From: Geopsychrobacteraceae bacterium
GTDB taxonomy: Bacteria > Desulfobacterota > Desulfuromonadia > Desulfuromonadales > Geopsychrobacteraceae
NCBI GenBank assembly: GCA_963676795.2
Contig: CAXXTB010000001.1
Span: forward strand, 224,001 to 288,000
Reading direction: 5' to 3'
DNA length: 64,000 bases
The notes under the pieces: model-generated
What the model saw: the letters and a program-made list of their open reading frames with translations, nothing else
What the model was told of the DNA's origin: nothing
Databases searched by the model: none
Translations under genes and position numbers: made by a program
Shown here: positions 34,188 through 46,518 of the stretch, in pieces
How the letters are laid out: each line of letters opens with the position of its first letter
Numbering within the stretch: position 1 is the stretch's first letter

Positions 34188-35132
34188 ATGATGCTGAAAC
34201 GGAAAGCTCTGCTCATTTTGCTGATTCTGCTGGTCGCCGTCTCACCGCTGTCGGCGAAAACGATCTCCAGAATTGCCGCGGTGGTCAACAACGACATCAT
34301 CACCACCTATGAGCTCGAACAGGCTTTCAACAAGGTTCTCATCGCTACCCCCAACAGCGACAGCTTAAGCCCGGAACAGCGTAAAAGCCTGACCGATTCG
34401 ACTCTCGACCGGCTGATCAACGACAAGCTGATCGAGCAGCGCATCAAAGAGCTCGAACTGACCGTCGGCGAAGCTGAAATCGACAGCGCTGTTGAAAACG
34501 TCCGTCAGCAAAACAACCTGACCACAGAGCAGATGCTCCAGGCCCTCAACTCTCAGGGCATGACCATGGAGAGCTACCGGGAAAGGCTCAAAAAAGAGAT
34601 CCTCAACTACAAACTGGTCAACCGCGAAGTCTACAGCAAGATCCTGGTCACCAGCGCCGATGCCCGTCAGTATTTCGATGAGCATCTTGAGGATTACAAG
34701 GTCACCTGGAGTATCAGTGTCAACCGTCTCAGTTTTGCTCTGCAGGGGGATAACCGTGCAAGCCAGGAGCAACGCCTCGCCGAGAGTCGCAAGAAACTGC
34801 TCAAGGGGGAACAGTTCGATGAACTGCTGGCCGATCTGCAGGGGGACGACATCAGCGGCGGTGCAATGAACAACCTGATGTCAACCGACCTGGCCGAACC
34901 GATCCGCGACCAGCTTAAAGACCTGAAACCCGGCGATGTCAGCGAAGCACTGGAACTGGGCGGTCAACTCCACCTGTTCCAGGTCACCGCCCGCGATTCA
35001 GGGGCAGATACCGCTTTTGAGAAGGCCAAACCGTCGATTGTCGAGAAACTGCAGAAAGACAACTCGGACATGAAGTTCAAGGAATGGAGCCAGGGGCTGC
35101 GGGAAAACGCGGAGATCGACATTCGCATCTGA
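34188..35132 (+). CDS. surA: SurA-like chaperone
   Basis: RIAAVVNNDIIT SurA N-domain; upstream of pdxA. Confidence 0.8.
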   Translation: MMLKRKALLILLILLVAVSPLSAKTISRIAAVVNNDIITTYELEQAFNKVLIATPNSDSLSPEQRKSLTDSTLDRLINDKLIEQRIKELELTVGEAEIDSAVENVRQQNNLTTEQMLQALNSQGMTMESYRERLKKEILNYKLVNREVYSKILVTSADARQYFDEHLEDYKVTWSISVNRLSFALQGDNRASQEQRLAESRKKLLKGEQFDELLADLQGDDISGGAMNNLMSTDLAEPIRDQLKDLKPGDVSEALELGGQLHLFQVTARDSGADTAFEKAKPSIVEKLQKDNSDMKFKEWSQGLRENAEIDIRI

Positions 35133-35271
35133 GCCCTTCTCCCAGTAATTGCATGCTTTATTGCCCCGACGTAGGTCGGGGCTTTCTGTTTTGCACCATG
35201 CCCGCCCCTTGTCCTGCCCGTTTCAAATCCGCTATAGTGTTCTTTTGCCTCAATAAAGGAAGAAACACCTG

Positions 35272-36288
35272 ATGCTGCCTCTGCTGCTGACCATGGGGGA
35301 CCCGACAGGCGTCGGCCCGGAACTGATCATCAAGACCCTGCTCGACAGCTCCTTTGCTCAGCTCGATCATCCGCTCGAGATCGTCGGCGATGTCGAGGTG
35401 CTGGTCAAAGCTGCCACCGTTTTTGATCAGAACTGCCGGGTCGAGCAGATCTCCGCGGACCTCTACCGTCTCTGCTGCGGAGATCGGCAGCTGATCGTTC
35501 ATAACCGCTCCAATCTCTCCGTCGCAGACATCAGCTATGGCCAGCCGGATCAGCAGTGTGGCAGGGCGATGGCCGACTACATCGAATACGCGACAGCCCA
35601 GTGCCTCGCGGGCAAGGCTGCCGGGATCGTCACCTGCCCGATCAACAAGGCCGCCATCAATGCGGCCGGCTGCCATTTTCCCGGCCATACCGAGCTGCTC
35701 GCGCAGCGCTGTAACTGTGACAAGGTGGTGATGATGCTGGCCGGTGACAGGCTCAAAGTCTGCCTGGTGACAACCCACCTGGCCTACCGCGATGTGCCTG
35801 CGGCATTAAGTGCGGAAGAGATCCTCGAAACGATAAATATTACCGATGCTGCATTTAAAAGTTATTTCGGTCACAAAAAACCGCGTTTGGCGGTTCTGGC
35901 CCTCAACCCCCATGCCGGCGAAAACGGCCTGTTCGGCGATGAGGAAGAGCGACTGATTAAACCGGCGATCGCCGCAGCACAGGAACTGGGAATCGCCGCA
36001 GACGGTCCGCACAGCGCCGATACGCTCTTCTATTTCGCCGCCAAAGGGGAGTACGACGCTGTCATCTGCATGTACCACGATCAGGGGCTGATCCCGCTCA
36101 AGCTGCTCCACTTCGAAGACGGGATCAATGTCACCCTGGGGCTGCCGATCGTGCGCACCAGCGTCGATCACGGTACCGCCTATAACCTGGCCGGAACCGG
36201 CAAGGCAAATAATTCAAGCCTGCGTGCGGCACTTAAAATGGCCGACGAGATGGCAGCGAATCATCGCATGCTGACAAAGTCAGCATAA
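35272..36288 (+). CDS. pdxA: 4-hydroxythreonine-4-phosphate dehydrogenase
   Basis: TMGDPTGVGPE, GHTE, LNPHAGE, MYHDQG, RTSVDHGTA. Confidence 0.95.
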   Translation: MLPLLLTMGDPTGVGPELIIKTLLDSSFAQLDHPLEIVGDVEVLVKAATVFDQNCRVEQISADLYRLCCGDRQLIVHNRSNLSVADISYGQPDQQCGRAMADYIEYATAQCLAGKAAGIVTCPINKAAINAAGCHFPGHTELLAQRCNCDKVVMMLAGDRLKVCLVTTHLAYRDVPAALSAEEILETINITDAAFKSYFGHKKPRLAVLALNPHAGENGLFGDEEERLIKPAIAAAQELGIAADGPHSADTLFYFAAKGEYDAVICMYHDQGLIPLKLLHFEDGINVTLGLPIVRTSVDHGTAYNLAGTGKANNSSLRAALKMADEMAANHRMLTKSA

Positions 36289-36350
36289 ATCGACATGCCT
36301 GTTCCAAGCATATATAAGCCGGGAACCGGCTTTGCGATTGCGCGAATTCA

Positions 36351-36622
36351 AGATGCAAAGCATCTTGTGTGAGCGTGAAGAGAATGGCAGCCCAAAGGCT
36401 ACGAAGAGTGCAGAAACCGTTTACGTCAATGTTTTCAAAGAGTTTTCTTTTGGTTCCGTTTTCTTTGTCGCCACAAAGAAAATGAACCCGGCTGGCGGGC
36501 CGGGACCCGCCGGTTCTGGTTTTGATGTTTGTTGATGTCTTACAAGGTCAAAACCTCGGGGTCGCGCCCCCGAACGGCGCCATACTCTTTTGTCTTGCCA
36601 CAAAAGAGTATGCAGAAAAGGG
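36351..36622. repeat. Structured repeat family B: full unit 36351-36526 plus inverted partial unit 36546-36622
   Basis: Same motif order and hairpins as 40401-40566. Confidence 0.6.
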
Positions 36623-36806
36623 CAGTTTTTAATGCTGGCGAAGATTATCCTATTCACTTCGTAGGATCACACCAGCACCTGACAATGCGCCCCACGATGA
36701 ACAAGTTCATCTAATGGGCAGAATCGAAAAAACTCCGCACGCGGAGTTTTGAAGAAAAACAGTTGGAACAAGCTCAGACACAATTATATCCGGAACTGGA
36801 CAAACC

Positions 36807-39623
<2,817 letters not shown>

Positions 39624-39947
39624 GTATGAGTCAATTGGCGCCCCTGTCCCTGCTGAACAAGGGCGCCAGCAACTCCACCAGGGGAAGTAACCCATTTTCT
39701 TCACCCGTTTTAATGTCTCTACATACGCAAATTTTGCAGTTCTTGACAGAATTTGTCGTTATCGGCTGTTTTTTCTTCCTTCAACTGAGGCAGATAATCC
39801 CGCGTCAGCTTCATGAAGCCTGACAAGCCCACTGGAATCAGGAAGCTATTTCTTTCTTTTCCCTGCCGCGTTGAAATCGGCATTTTCCGGCACGGCTCTT
39901 GCTCAACTATTGGATAAATAAAATGAAAAGTTTCCCAGGAGTTCAAA

Positions 39948-40340
39948 ATGAAAAGACAGCTGATCGCCCTCTTTGTACTCGTCGCTTTTGTCAGTGCCTG
40001 CGCCCCTCACCAGGCGCTGATTCAATCCGATCCACCTGGCGCCATGGTCGTCATCAACGGCCAGGAAGTCGGCGAAACCCCGGTTTACTTCGACTATGCC
40101 CTCAGCACAGGTAAACAGCACCAGGTCGAGCTGGTCCGCTATGGCTATGAAGATGTCAGCATGACCATCAAGGCCGACAAGACCGACAGCGGTGCCATGA
40201 AACGCTGGCTGGTCGCCGGAGCGGTCTGGAGCCCACTGTGGCTCGGCACTTTTTTCACCAAGAAACTCAAAGAGAGCTACATATTTGTCATGAAGCGCGA
40301 CGCCCCGGAAATGACCGCCAGTATCGATCCCGCATACTGA
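39948..40340 (+). CDS. PEGA domain lipoprotein
   Basis: VSAC lipobox, SDPPGAMVVING..GETP. Confidence 0.8.
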   Translation: MKRQLIALFVLVAFVSACAPHQALIQSDPPGAMVVINGQEVGETPVYFDYALSTGKQHQVELVRYGYEDVSMTIKADKTDSGAMKRWLVAGAVWSPLWLGTFFTKKLKESYIFVMKRDAPEMTASIDPAY

Positions 40341-40400
40341 TCGTTTCAACTGCTGTTAATCAAAACTCAGCATCGCTGAGTTTTTCCGGTTCTGCCCGCT

Positions 40401-40566
40401 GATGAGCGCAGCTCATCTTGGGGCGCGCTGTCAGGTGCTGGTGTGAAGCTACGGAGAAACGCAGGCAACCTGTCGACAATATAAATAGGGCGTTTTTGTC
40501 TTGCTTTTTGAGGCCCTGATCAAAAAGCAAGGCGGCGTGCGGGGCCGCGACCCCGCGACTTTGATC
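40401..40566 (+). repeat. Structured repeat family B unit
   Basis: GATG/CATC hairpin, GCTACG-AGA-GCAG, T-rich hairpin, CGGGGCCGCGACCCCG, TTTGAT. Confidence 0.6.
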
Positions 40567-40806
40567 TTAATAAATGATCAGCATGAACAAACACAGAACC
40601 AACACCGGCGGTTCCCGGCTTGATCTGCATGGAAGCAACATTGCCTGTCTCAGATTGCCCATATCTTTCCTTTTAAAATCAATATTTTCAGCAACTTGAA
40701 TCTTTCAAGTGAAAACAATAAATATCTTCACACTTGGCAAGTCTGCAGCAGTAGACTATGATGAGCTTTCCGATATTTGCATATTGTTCAACGAATGGAG
40801 CAGTTG

Positions 40807-41139
40807 ATGGCTATCAAGAAATGTCCGACATGTGGAGAACCTCTCAAAGGAGACTACTGGTGCAGCAAGTGTAAAACCGTACTCAAGTGTCCTCTGCCCG
40901 GCTGTGAAGCACCGGTCAAACCCGGCGCGACCGAATGTTCCCGTTGCGGATTGTTTTTTGAGGACTACCTGAAGAATCGCAAGATGTATCGGGTCTGCCC
41001 CAAGTGCAAGAAAAAACAGGGGCTTTCAGAACAGCAGTGCCGTCACTGCCGACATTGGTTCAACTGCCCGACCTGCGGCAGCAAAGTATCCACCAACGTC
41101 GTCCTCACCTGCCCGCGCTGCGGGACCAGCCTGCGCTAA
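40807..41139 (+). CDS. Multi-zinc-ribbon (double zinc ribbon) protein
   Basis: Eight CxxC-type pairs; start uncertain (40795 or 40807). Confidence 0.75.
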   Translation: MAIKKCPTCGEPLKGDYWCSKCKTVLKCPLPGCEAPVKPGATECSRCGLFFEDYLKNRKMYRVCPKCKKKQGLSEQQCRHCRHWFNCPTCGSKVSTNVVLTCPRCGTSLR

Positions 41140-41262
41140 AAGACCCATCGGGGCGGTTTCCTCAAACCGCCCCTAATTAAGATCCGCCATACTCCTTTCT
41201 GGACTTCCTCAAAAAAAACTGCTAACCTCCCGATAATTCACCTCTTTTGCTCCAGGAGATCC

Positions 41263-42681
41263 ATGTTTATCTTCTGTCTGCTCATTCTGTATGCTTTTTC
41301 GATCCTCTCGGCGGGGAACGCACTGCTGCGCAAACGCGACCCGCGTGCCGCCCTGGGCTGGATTGTCACCTGCCTCGCCTTACCCGGACTCGGAGCCGTT
41401 TTTTACTGGCTGTTCGGGGTCAACCGCATCCGTAAAAAAGCTCTGGAACTTCAGCGCCAGGGGCAGGGGATGCACTGGCTGCATGTCGATCAGCACCCAC
41501 GCTCTTGCGACCTTCCGCATTTCCCCACCGGTTCCACCAGCAAGGCACTGATTGAACTCTCCGACAGCGTGACCCGCCGCCCCTTGACCTGCGGCAACAA
41601 GATCGACATCTACCACAATGGCGATGAAGCCTATCCGGCCATGCTCGAAGCGATCGAAGCGGCGGAGCAGGGGATCTACCTGGCCAGCTACATCATGACC
41701 CCGGACCGGATCGGCAAGCAGTTTGCCGCCGCGCTGATCACCGCCGCCGAGCGCGGAGTGGATGTCCGGGTCATGGTCGATGCCGTCGGCGAGCTCTATT
41801 CGATCCGGAAAATCCACCGCCTGTTCCGCGGTACAAAGGTGAAAACATCCCACTTCATGCCGCTCAGCCTGGCCCACAGCCTCTACTTCAACCTGCGCAA
41901 CCACCGCAAGATCCTGGTCGTTGACCATTCCACCTGCTTTACCGGTGGCATGAATATCCGCGAACGCCACATGGTCAAGGACAACACCAGCCCGCACCGG
42001 GTTGTCGATGTTCACTTCCGCTTCAAGGGCCCGATCTGTGGCCAGCTGCGCGATGCCTTCATGGAGGACTGGCACTACGCCACCAACGAGCAGCGCAAAC
42101 CGAAGGAATGGCCGGTCTCGCCGGAATTCGGCACGGCCTGCTGCCGCGGAATCACCGCCGGTCCCAACGAACCACACGAAAACCTCAACTGGATTCTGAT
42201 CGGGGCCCTAAGCTGCGCCAAATCCCATGTGCGGATCATGACTCCCTACTTTGTCCCCAACCGCGCCCAGCTGGCCGCCATCAACACGGCCGCCCTGCGC
42301 GGCGTGCGGGTCGATATCCTGCTGCCGGAAGAGAATAACCTGCCCTTCGTCGGCTGGGCCGCCAACGCCTACCTGTTCGAGGTGCTCGAGTACCACAACA
42401 ATGTCTACTTCCAGCCGCCCCCCTTCGTCCACAGCAAGCTGATGATGGTCGATGACGAATACGCCCTGGTCGGCTCGGCCAACTTCGACCCGCGCAGCCT
42501 GCGCCTGAACTTTGAATTCAACGTTGAAATCTACGACAAAAAGACCATCAGTGATCTGATCACTCATTTCGACCAGTGCCGTGAAAATTCACGCCAAATC
42601 ACCCTTGAAGACGTTGATCAGCGCAGCCTGCCGGTCAGACTGCGCGATTCTTTCTGCAAACTCTTCTCCCCTTACCTGTAA
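41263..42681 (+). CDS. cls: Cardiolipin synthase
   Basis: N-terminal PLDc_N TMs; two HKD motifs (NHRKILVVD, HSKLMMVD). Confidence 0.92.
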   Translation: MFIFCLLILYAFSILSAGNALLRKRDPRAALGWIVTCLALPGLGAVFYWLFGVNRIRKKALELQRQGQGMHWLHVDQHPRSCDLPHFPTGSTSKALIELSDSVTRRPLTCGNKIDIYHNGDEAYPAMLEAIEAAEQGIYLASYIMTPDRIGKQFAAALITAAERGVDVRVMVDAVGELYSIRKIHRLFRGTKVKTSHFMPLSLAHSLYFNLRNHRKILVVDHSTCFTGGMNIRERHMVKDNTSPHRVVDVHFRFKGPICGQLRDAFMEDWHYATNEQRKPKEWPVSPEFGTACCRGITAGPNEPHENLNWILIGALSCAKSHVRIMTPYFVPNRAQLAAINTAALRGVRVDILLPEENNLPFVGWAANAYLFEVLEYHNNVYFQPPPFVHSKLMMVDDEYALVGSANFDPRSLRLNFEFNVEIYDKKTISDLITHFDQCRENSRQITLEDVDQRSLPVRLRDSFCKLFSPYL

Positions 42682-42693
42682 AGGAGCGCAAAA

Positions 42694-42885
42694 ATGCCGG
42701 TTATCAATCTGGATGGCCCACCGATCAAAGATCTGGACAAAAAAAGGGAACTGGTCAAAACCGTCACCAAGGCTGCGGCAGAAGCCTTTGGCCTGCCGGA
42801 ATCGACGATTATTGTGCTGTTTCGGGAATACTCGGGAGAGAATGTTGCCAGTGGCGGAACGCTGATTGCCGACAGGCAAAAGTAA
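42694..42885 (+). CDS. 4-oxalocrotonate tautomerase (DmpI-like)
   Basis: N-terminal Pro, 63 aa, ENVASGG. Confidence 0.85.
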   Translation: MPVINLDGPPIKDLDKKRELVKTVTKAAAEAFGLPESTIIVLFREYSGENVASGGTLIADRQK

Positions 42886-42913
42886 ATTCTGCGCAAACGG
42901 ATAAATGCAGTAT

Positions 42914-42942
42914 TTGATTTTTCATTATCCAATCGGATAATG
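42914..42942 (+). promoter_or_regulatory. Candidate Pc cassette promoter with overlapping palindrome
   Basis: TTGATT(42914)-16-GATAAT(42936); CATTATCC-N4-GGATAATG inverted repeat at 42923-42942. Confidence 0.45.
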
Positions 42943-43016
42943 CGCAACTATCTGTTATTGTTTTATTCTATAAATTTAAATCGGTCTATGTCGCAATTTA
43001 TTACGACATTTAGGCC

Positions 43017-43034
43017 ATCTAACTACCGTTATAT
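43017..43034 (+). other. attI-like site (start of first cassette)
   Basis: ATCTAAC-TACC-GTTATAT; GTTATAT is the exact complement of R'' ATATAAC (43533) ending cassette 1; no attC arm upstream. Confidence 0.6.
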
Positions 43035-43049
43035 TCTAAAGGCATTAAA

Positions 43050-43538
43050 ATGAATGATCCAGTAATTGAACTGTTGCTGCAACTGAAAGGCATTAAATGG
43101 GTTGCTTACCTAATTGTCTTTGTCTTGGTTGTTGTCGGGATAGCAAACTTTACTGATTCTCTAAGAAAAATATATTCATTTGGAAAAGACATATTAGTTC
43201 ATTACCAAAAAAGAACATTGACCGATAATGATTTAAAAAATGAAGGTTTTGCTGTGGCAAAAAATCTCATGGAGTTTGTAATAGAAAGGCAAAATAGCGA
43301 GCCACAGATCAATTTTACTGATTGGGACAAATCAACAAAAGCGCAAATGAAGTTCTCAACAGAGACTCAAAACATATTCTTCAAAGATTATGCAGGCAAA
43401 GTTGCCCATTTACGCGATGAGTTTTCAAAAAGAGATCTAAAAGATGAAAACCTAGACAGATTCTACCAGCACCCAACAAACTATATCGGCTTACGAGAAT
43501 TAGCTGCTTCAATAGCAACTCTGTCAGAAAAAATATAA
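43050..43538 (+). CDS. Cassette 1 hypothetical membrane-anchored protein
   Basis: AT-rich ORF with N-terminal TM; stop codon overlaps the R'' box. Confidence 0.75.
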   Translation: MNDPVIELLLQLKGIKWVAYLIVFVLVVVGIANFTDSLRKIYSFGKDILVHYQKRTLTDNDLKNEGFAVAKNLMEFVIERQNSEPQINFTDWDKSTKAQMKFSTETQNIFFKDYAGKVAHLRDEFSKRDLKDENLDRFYQHPTNYIGLRELAASIATLSEKI

Positions 43539-43615
43539 CAACTTAATGTCTTTAGACAAATCAAGCGATCTTTCACAATAGAAGACATATTTCTCCCTTT
43601 AACTGGGTTATGGGT

Positions 43616-43810
43616 GTTTAAAACTGGCGATAATGTCTCTTCGGCTCTTCAGGCTGAGAGCAGGTCTACCTTACGGGCCATGTCTTAAACGGTATTCGCA
43701 TCGAGTGGCGGTGACGATCAAGCTGATCATCTGCTGTTGCAGTGACGATTAAATTGCGGCCATCTCGATGCGAAGGGATGTTGCTTTAAATCCTGTGTCT
43801 ACTGGTCTGC
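43616..43810 (-). ncRNA. Predicted bridge RNA (target loop 43695-43774, donor loop 43616-43690), copy 1
   Basis: Two stem-internal loop-stem modules whose loops match the attC target and the IS circle junction; transcript ends unknown. Confidence 0.82.
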
Positions 43811-45082
43811 TTATGCGGCAGTTTGGTACTGACTCTCGCAGGCAAAGACGCGGTTTTTGTCAAAGTGACCTCCCGATTTATACCAGCCGTAAAACAGTTT
43901 CAGAAACTTGCGCATAACAGCGGTCATGGCCTTGGTGCCCGACATTCCATGGGCCTTCTTGTTGTGATAATAAGCCCCGTAGAGTGCCTTTTTCTTCACC
44001 AGGGGCAGGACTATCTGGCTAAGAACCTTGCGTAATAGGCTGCGTCCCTTTTTGCTGAGCTTATTCTTGCCGCGATAGGTTCCGCTCTGCTTCTCACGAA
44101 TGTTCAAACCGGCGTAGCGCATGAACTTGCGCAGGGTTTCGAAATCGCTGACCGGGCCGGTTTCAGCAACAATGCGGGCCAGGTGAAAGGTGGAGATAAC
44201 ACCCTGCTGCTGTTGCGGCAAATGAGGATCGAACCGACAGAGCTCCTCATAAAGAGTTTCCATCTGCTGCTTGGCCTCGTCTTTGCGAAGTTGATGCCTC
44301 TGGCAATCGTCCCACAATTGCCGGAAACGCCATTGTTGAATCTCCACCAGCCGTGAGCTGCTTTGATTACGGACCGAACTCTGTGCCTGACTGTAGAGCC
44401 TGTCCAAAGTCGTTTGACGAATACGAGGGACAACCTGTTTCATCCGCTGGCAAATGCGCTCTTTGTTCTCGGCAACAATACACAAGGGGTTCATGCCGTA
44501 GAGATCGACCAGTGCCGCTCCCGAACGAGTGTAGAGAAAGTCCTTCTGAAAGTCATAATCGGGAAACAGGACCTTGAGCTGACTGGCCAGCAGGCATTTG
44601 GTGCGCACGCATTCAACATCGGCCTGTTCATACAGTGCATGCCATTGTCGCAACAGAGCGTAGGATTCATCGTAATGGCGGCAGATGAGGGTTTTGCCCA
44701 TACTCGCAAGGGTATGAATGACATGGGGATCTTTCAGATCCGTTTTGCCTGAGTCATTGGTTTCGATAGACCGCATTTTAAACACCGCTTCGCCGGAGAC
44801 CCAGGCTGTTAGCAAACCAAGCCGGTGCGCTGTTGCCAGCAAGCTCATGTGATAACAGCCGGTCGGTTCACAGACCACGAGAAGCTGTGAGTATCCGGCC
44901 ATAAGAGCGCGATGCCTCCAGATAATAAGCTGTTTTTCTATCTCCGGTGTCGCATTGCAGAACTCATGATCGGTTAACCGGCCGGTAATTTTGGTGGCCA
45001 TGTTCAGAGTTTTCTTACTGACATCGAAAGCCAGAATTGCAACTGAATGATTTTCTTGAGCAGTCTTTATGGTACTCTTCAT
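43811..45082 (-). CDS. IS110 family DEDD recombinase/transposase
   Basis: RuvC-like D20/E72/D115/D118 (AFDVSK, CEPTG, KTDLKD); Tnp domain YAGL..QSG (S333), SKKG..LR. Confidence 0.95.
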   Translation of the reverse strand: MKSTIKTAQENHSVAILAFDVSKKTLNMATKITGRLTDHEFCNATPEIEKQLIIWRHRALMAGYSQLLVVCEPTGCYHMSLLATAHRLGLLTAWVSGEAVFKMRSIETNDSGKTDLKDPHVIHTLASMGKTLICRHYDESYALLRQWHALYEQADVECVRTKCLLASQLKVLFPDYDFQKDFLYTRSGAALVDLYGMNPLCIVAENKERICQRMKQVVPRIRQTTLDRLYSQAQSSVRNQSSSRLVEIQQWRFRQLWDDCQRHQLRKDEAKQQMETLYEELCRFDPHLPQQQQGVISTFHLARIVAETGPVSDFETLRKFMRYAGLNIREKQSGTYRGKNKLSKKGRSLLRKVLSQIVLPLVKKKALYGAYYHNKKAHGMSGTKAMTAVMRKFLKLFYGWYKSGGHFDKNRVFACESQYQTAA

Positions 45083-45331
45083 GTGGGCTCCTCCTTGATC
45101 ATGCGGATCTTGACCGGATCACGCTCGTAGGTTCACTGCCGAATTACAGTGATTATGACAGGGAGGAGTCCTCTTTGTTGATGTGATTAGAATAATAGTA
45201 GATCAAGCGGATGGAATGGGGCTGTGTGCTCCCCGAAAAGAAAAATCAAATTGCGGTAATAGGCTGAACCTTCGCGTCGCCACCGCTTATCATGAACCGT
45301 TATAGCAACCTAAAATTACAAAGACAAAATT

Positions 45332-45730
45332 ATGCATATAGAATGTCCATCGTGTAAGGCCAACAATAAAATCGAGTTTGGTGAGAACATCCTATGTAGT
45401 GAGTGTAAAAAATCATTTGCCGGTCATTTTTACAAAAAATTCAAAAAACCATTAATTTCTGCGACAACAGCATTAATCATTGGCGCTTTTGGCGCCGTTA
45501 AGGTAGATCGTCAGTTTTTTGAAGATAATAGATACCCAGCTAAAATCGAGTTCGCATTAATTGATCAATGTATATCTTCTTATGATAGTCCAATTACTTA
45601 CGGGGGACTCGAGTATAAGCGAGATGTCTGCATAAGTGCCCTAGAAGAGACTCAAAAGGAATATTCGTTTTCTGAATTCAGCGATGATCCAAAGAAATTC
45701 ATGGTGAGCTTCAGAACAAATGCCCGATAA
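45332..45730 (+). CDS. Cassette 2 hypothetical zinc-ribbon plus TM protein
   Basis: CPSC...CSEC followed by a hydrophobic segment. Confidence 0.7.
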   Translation: MHIECPSCKANNKIEFGENILCSECKKSFAGHFYKKFKKPLISATTALIIGAFGAVKVDRQFFEDNRYPAKIEFALIDQCISSYDSPITYGGLEYKRDVCISALEETQKEYSFSEFSDDPKKFMVSFRTNAR

Positions 45731-45783
45731 AGAAAAATGGGGCAGGCATGCGCCTGCCCCAGGGGCTGGGAGGCCCTTTTGAT

Positions 45784-45915
45784 CTAGTCTAGATAATCGT
45801 CATTATTGGGATTGTGAGCATCGGACCAGTCATCCATATCAGCGTCATTGTTTGGATTGTTAATATCCGACCATAGATCAAGCTCGTCTTTGCTCATATC
45901 ATCTGTATTTGGCAT
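45784..45915 (-). CDS. 43-aa acidic microprotein with duplicated WSD-NPNND repeat
   Basis: GGAGG RBS then MPNTDDMSKDELDLWSDINNPNNDADMDDWSDAHNPNNDDYLD. Confidence 0.65.
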   Translation of the reverse strand: MPNTDDMSKDELDLWSDINNPNNDADMDDWSDAHNPNNDDYLD

Positions 45916-45937
45916 TTTGACCTCCCAGTCTTTTAGT

Positions 45938-46084
45938 TTATTTTTTAAAATTTTGAGCCGCAGTAGATTGTGCTTTCGATGCAAAAGAACCCTTTGCAAC
46001 ATTTCCAGAATTGGCTTTTGCTGTTGCGCTTTGAATTCTCGACGCGGCTTTTGGGGTCATTGGTGTTTTTGTGGTTTTGGTCAT
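45938..46084 (-). CDS. 48-aa basic Ala/Ser-rich microprotein (not in ORF track)
   Basis: AAGGAG RBS then MTKTTKTPMTPKAASRIQSATAKANSGNVAKGSFASKAQSTAAQNFKK. Confidence 0.7.
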   Translation of the reverse strand: MTKTTKTPMTPKAASRIQSATAKANSGNVAKGSFASKAQSTAAQNFKK

Positions 46085-46170
46085 AGTGGCTTCTCCTTTT
46101 AATAATATTCTTTGCCTCCCAGCGATGGGATAACAATAGAAAATCCATTAGGGACAAACGGGGACAGTCC

Positions 46171-46518
46171 ATGAATAAATGTGAAATTCGTGACAAACAG
46201 GCCGAATTAAAAAGTTGGCTTAAAAAAATTGGCCTCAGCCAAAGCGAGTTTGCAGCTCTGTATTATGATGAAAATCATGAATATTGCGTTGAGGAAGACG
46301 TTGATAGATTTAAAGAAACATTTAAAAAGCAATTGAATAGACAATCCACAAAGGTAGAGCGCCTTGAAACCTATTTGAACTTTCTATTCACAACTGCAAA
46401 GTTCAGAGAAGCTGGGTATTTCAGACCTCAGTGCTCTTCTTCAGGAATCCTCGACCCTGAAACTGAAAAGCTTATGCAAAAAATTTCGAAAGAACTGACA
46501 GATAAAATCGGGTTATAA
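46171..46518 (+). CDS. Cassette 2 putative HTH-like protein
   Basis: LKSWLKKIGLSQSEFA resembles the start of an XRE-like HTH; stop overlaps the R'' box. Confidence 0.6.
   Translation: MNKCEIRDKQAELKSWLKKIGLSQSEFAALYYDENHEYCVEEDVDRFKETFKKQLNRQSTKVERLETYLNFLFTTAKFREAGYFRPQCSSSGILDPETEKLMQKISKELTDKIGL

Larger units (their letters stand above)
43546..45203 (-). mobile_element. IS110-family element copy 1 (1658 bp including both AT cores)
   Basis: Boundaries defined by comparing three copies; AT dinucleotide at both ends. Confidence 0.93.
43533..45305 (+). other. attC1 (117 bp when reconstituted), interrupted by IS110 copy 1
   Basis: R'' ATATAAC 43533; L'' ATCAAGCGG pairs with L' CCGCTTAT with one extrahelical base; R' GTTATAG 45299. 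Confidence 0.88.

Noticed and set aside
36620..36806. LexA box upstream of uvrA
   Set aside because: No convincing match to LexA motifs I know
42672..42947. Minus-strand ORF as integrase remnant
   Set aside because: No tyrosine recombinase motifs; mostly antisense to the tautomerase gene
43553..43566. ATCAAGC inside the IS110 end as a self-target
   Set aside because: Matches only the right guide; the left half TAGACAAAT fits poorly, and the sequence doubles as the junction -35 box
43677..43690. ATGTCTT at 43680-43686 as the donor guide
   Set aside because: It matches the donor end but lies in the predicted outer stem; the loop copy at 43633 fits the architecture better. An alternative fold cannot be excluded
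45739..45780. GC hairpins as an extra attC
   Set aside because: No RYYYAAC/GTTRRRY boxes; better explained as a terminator between convergent genes
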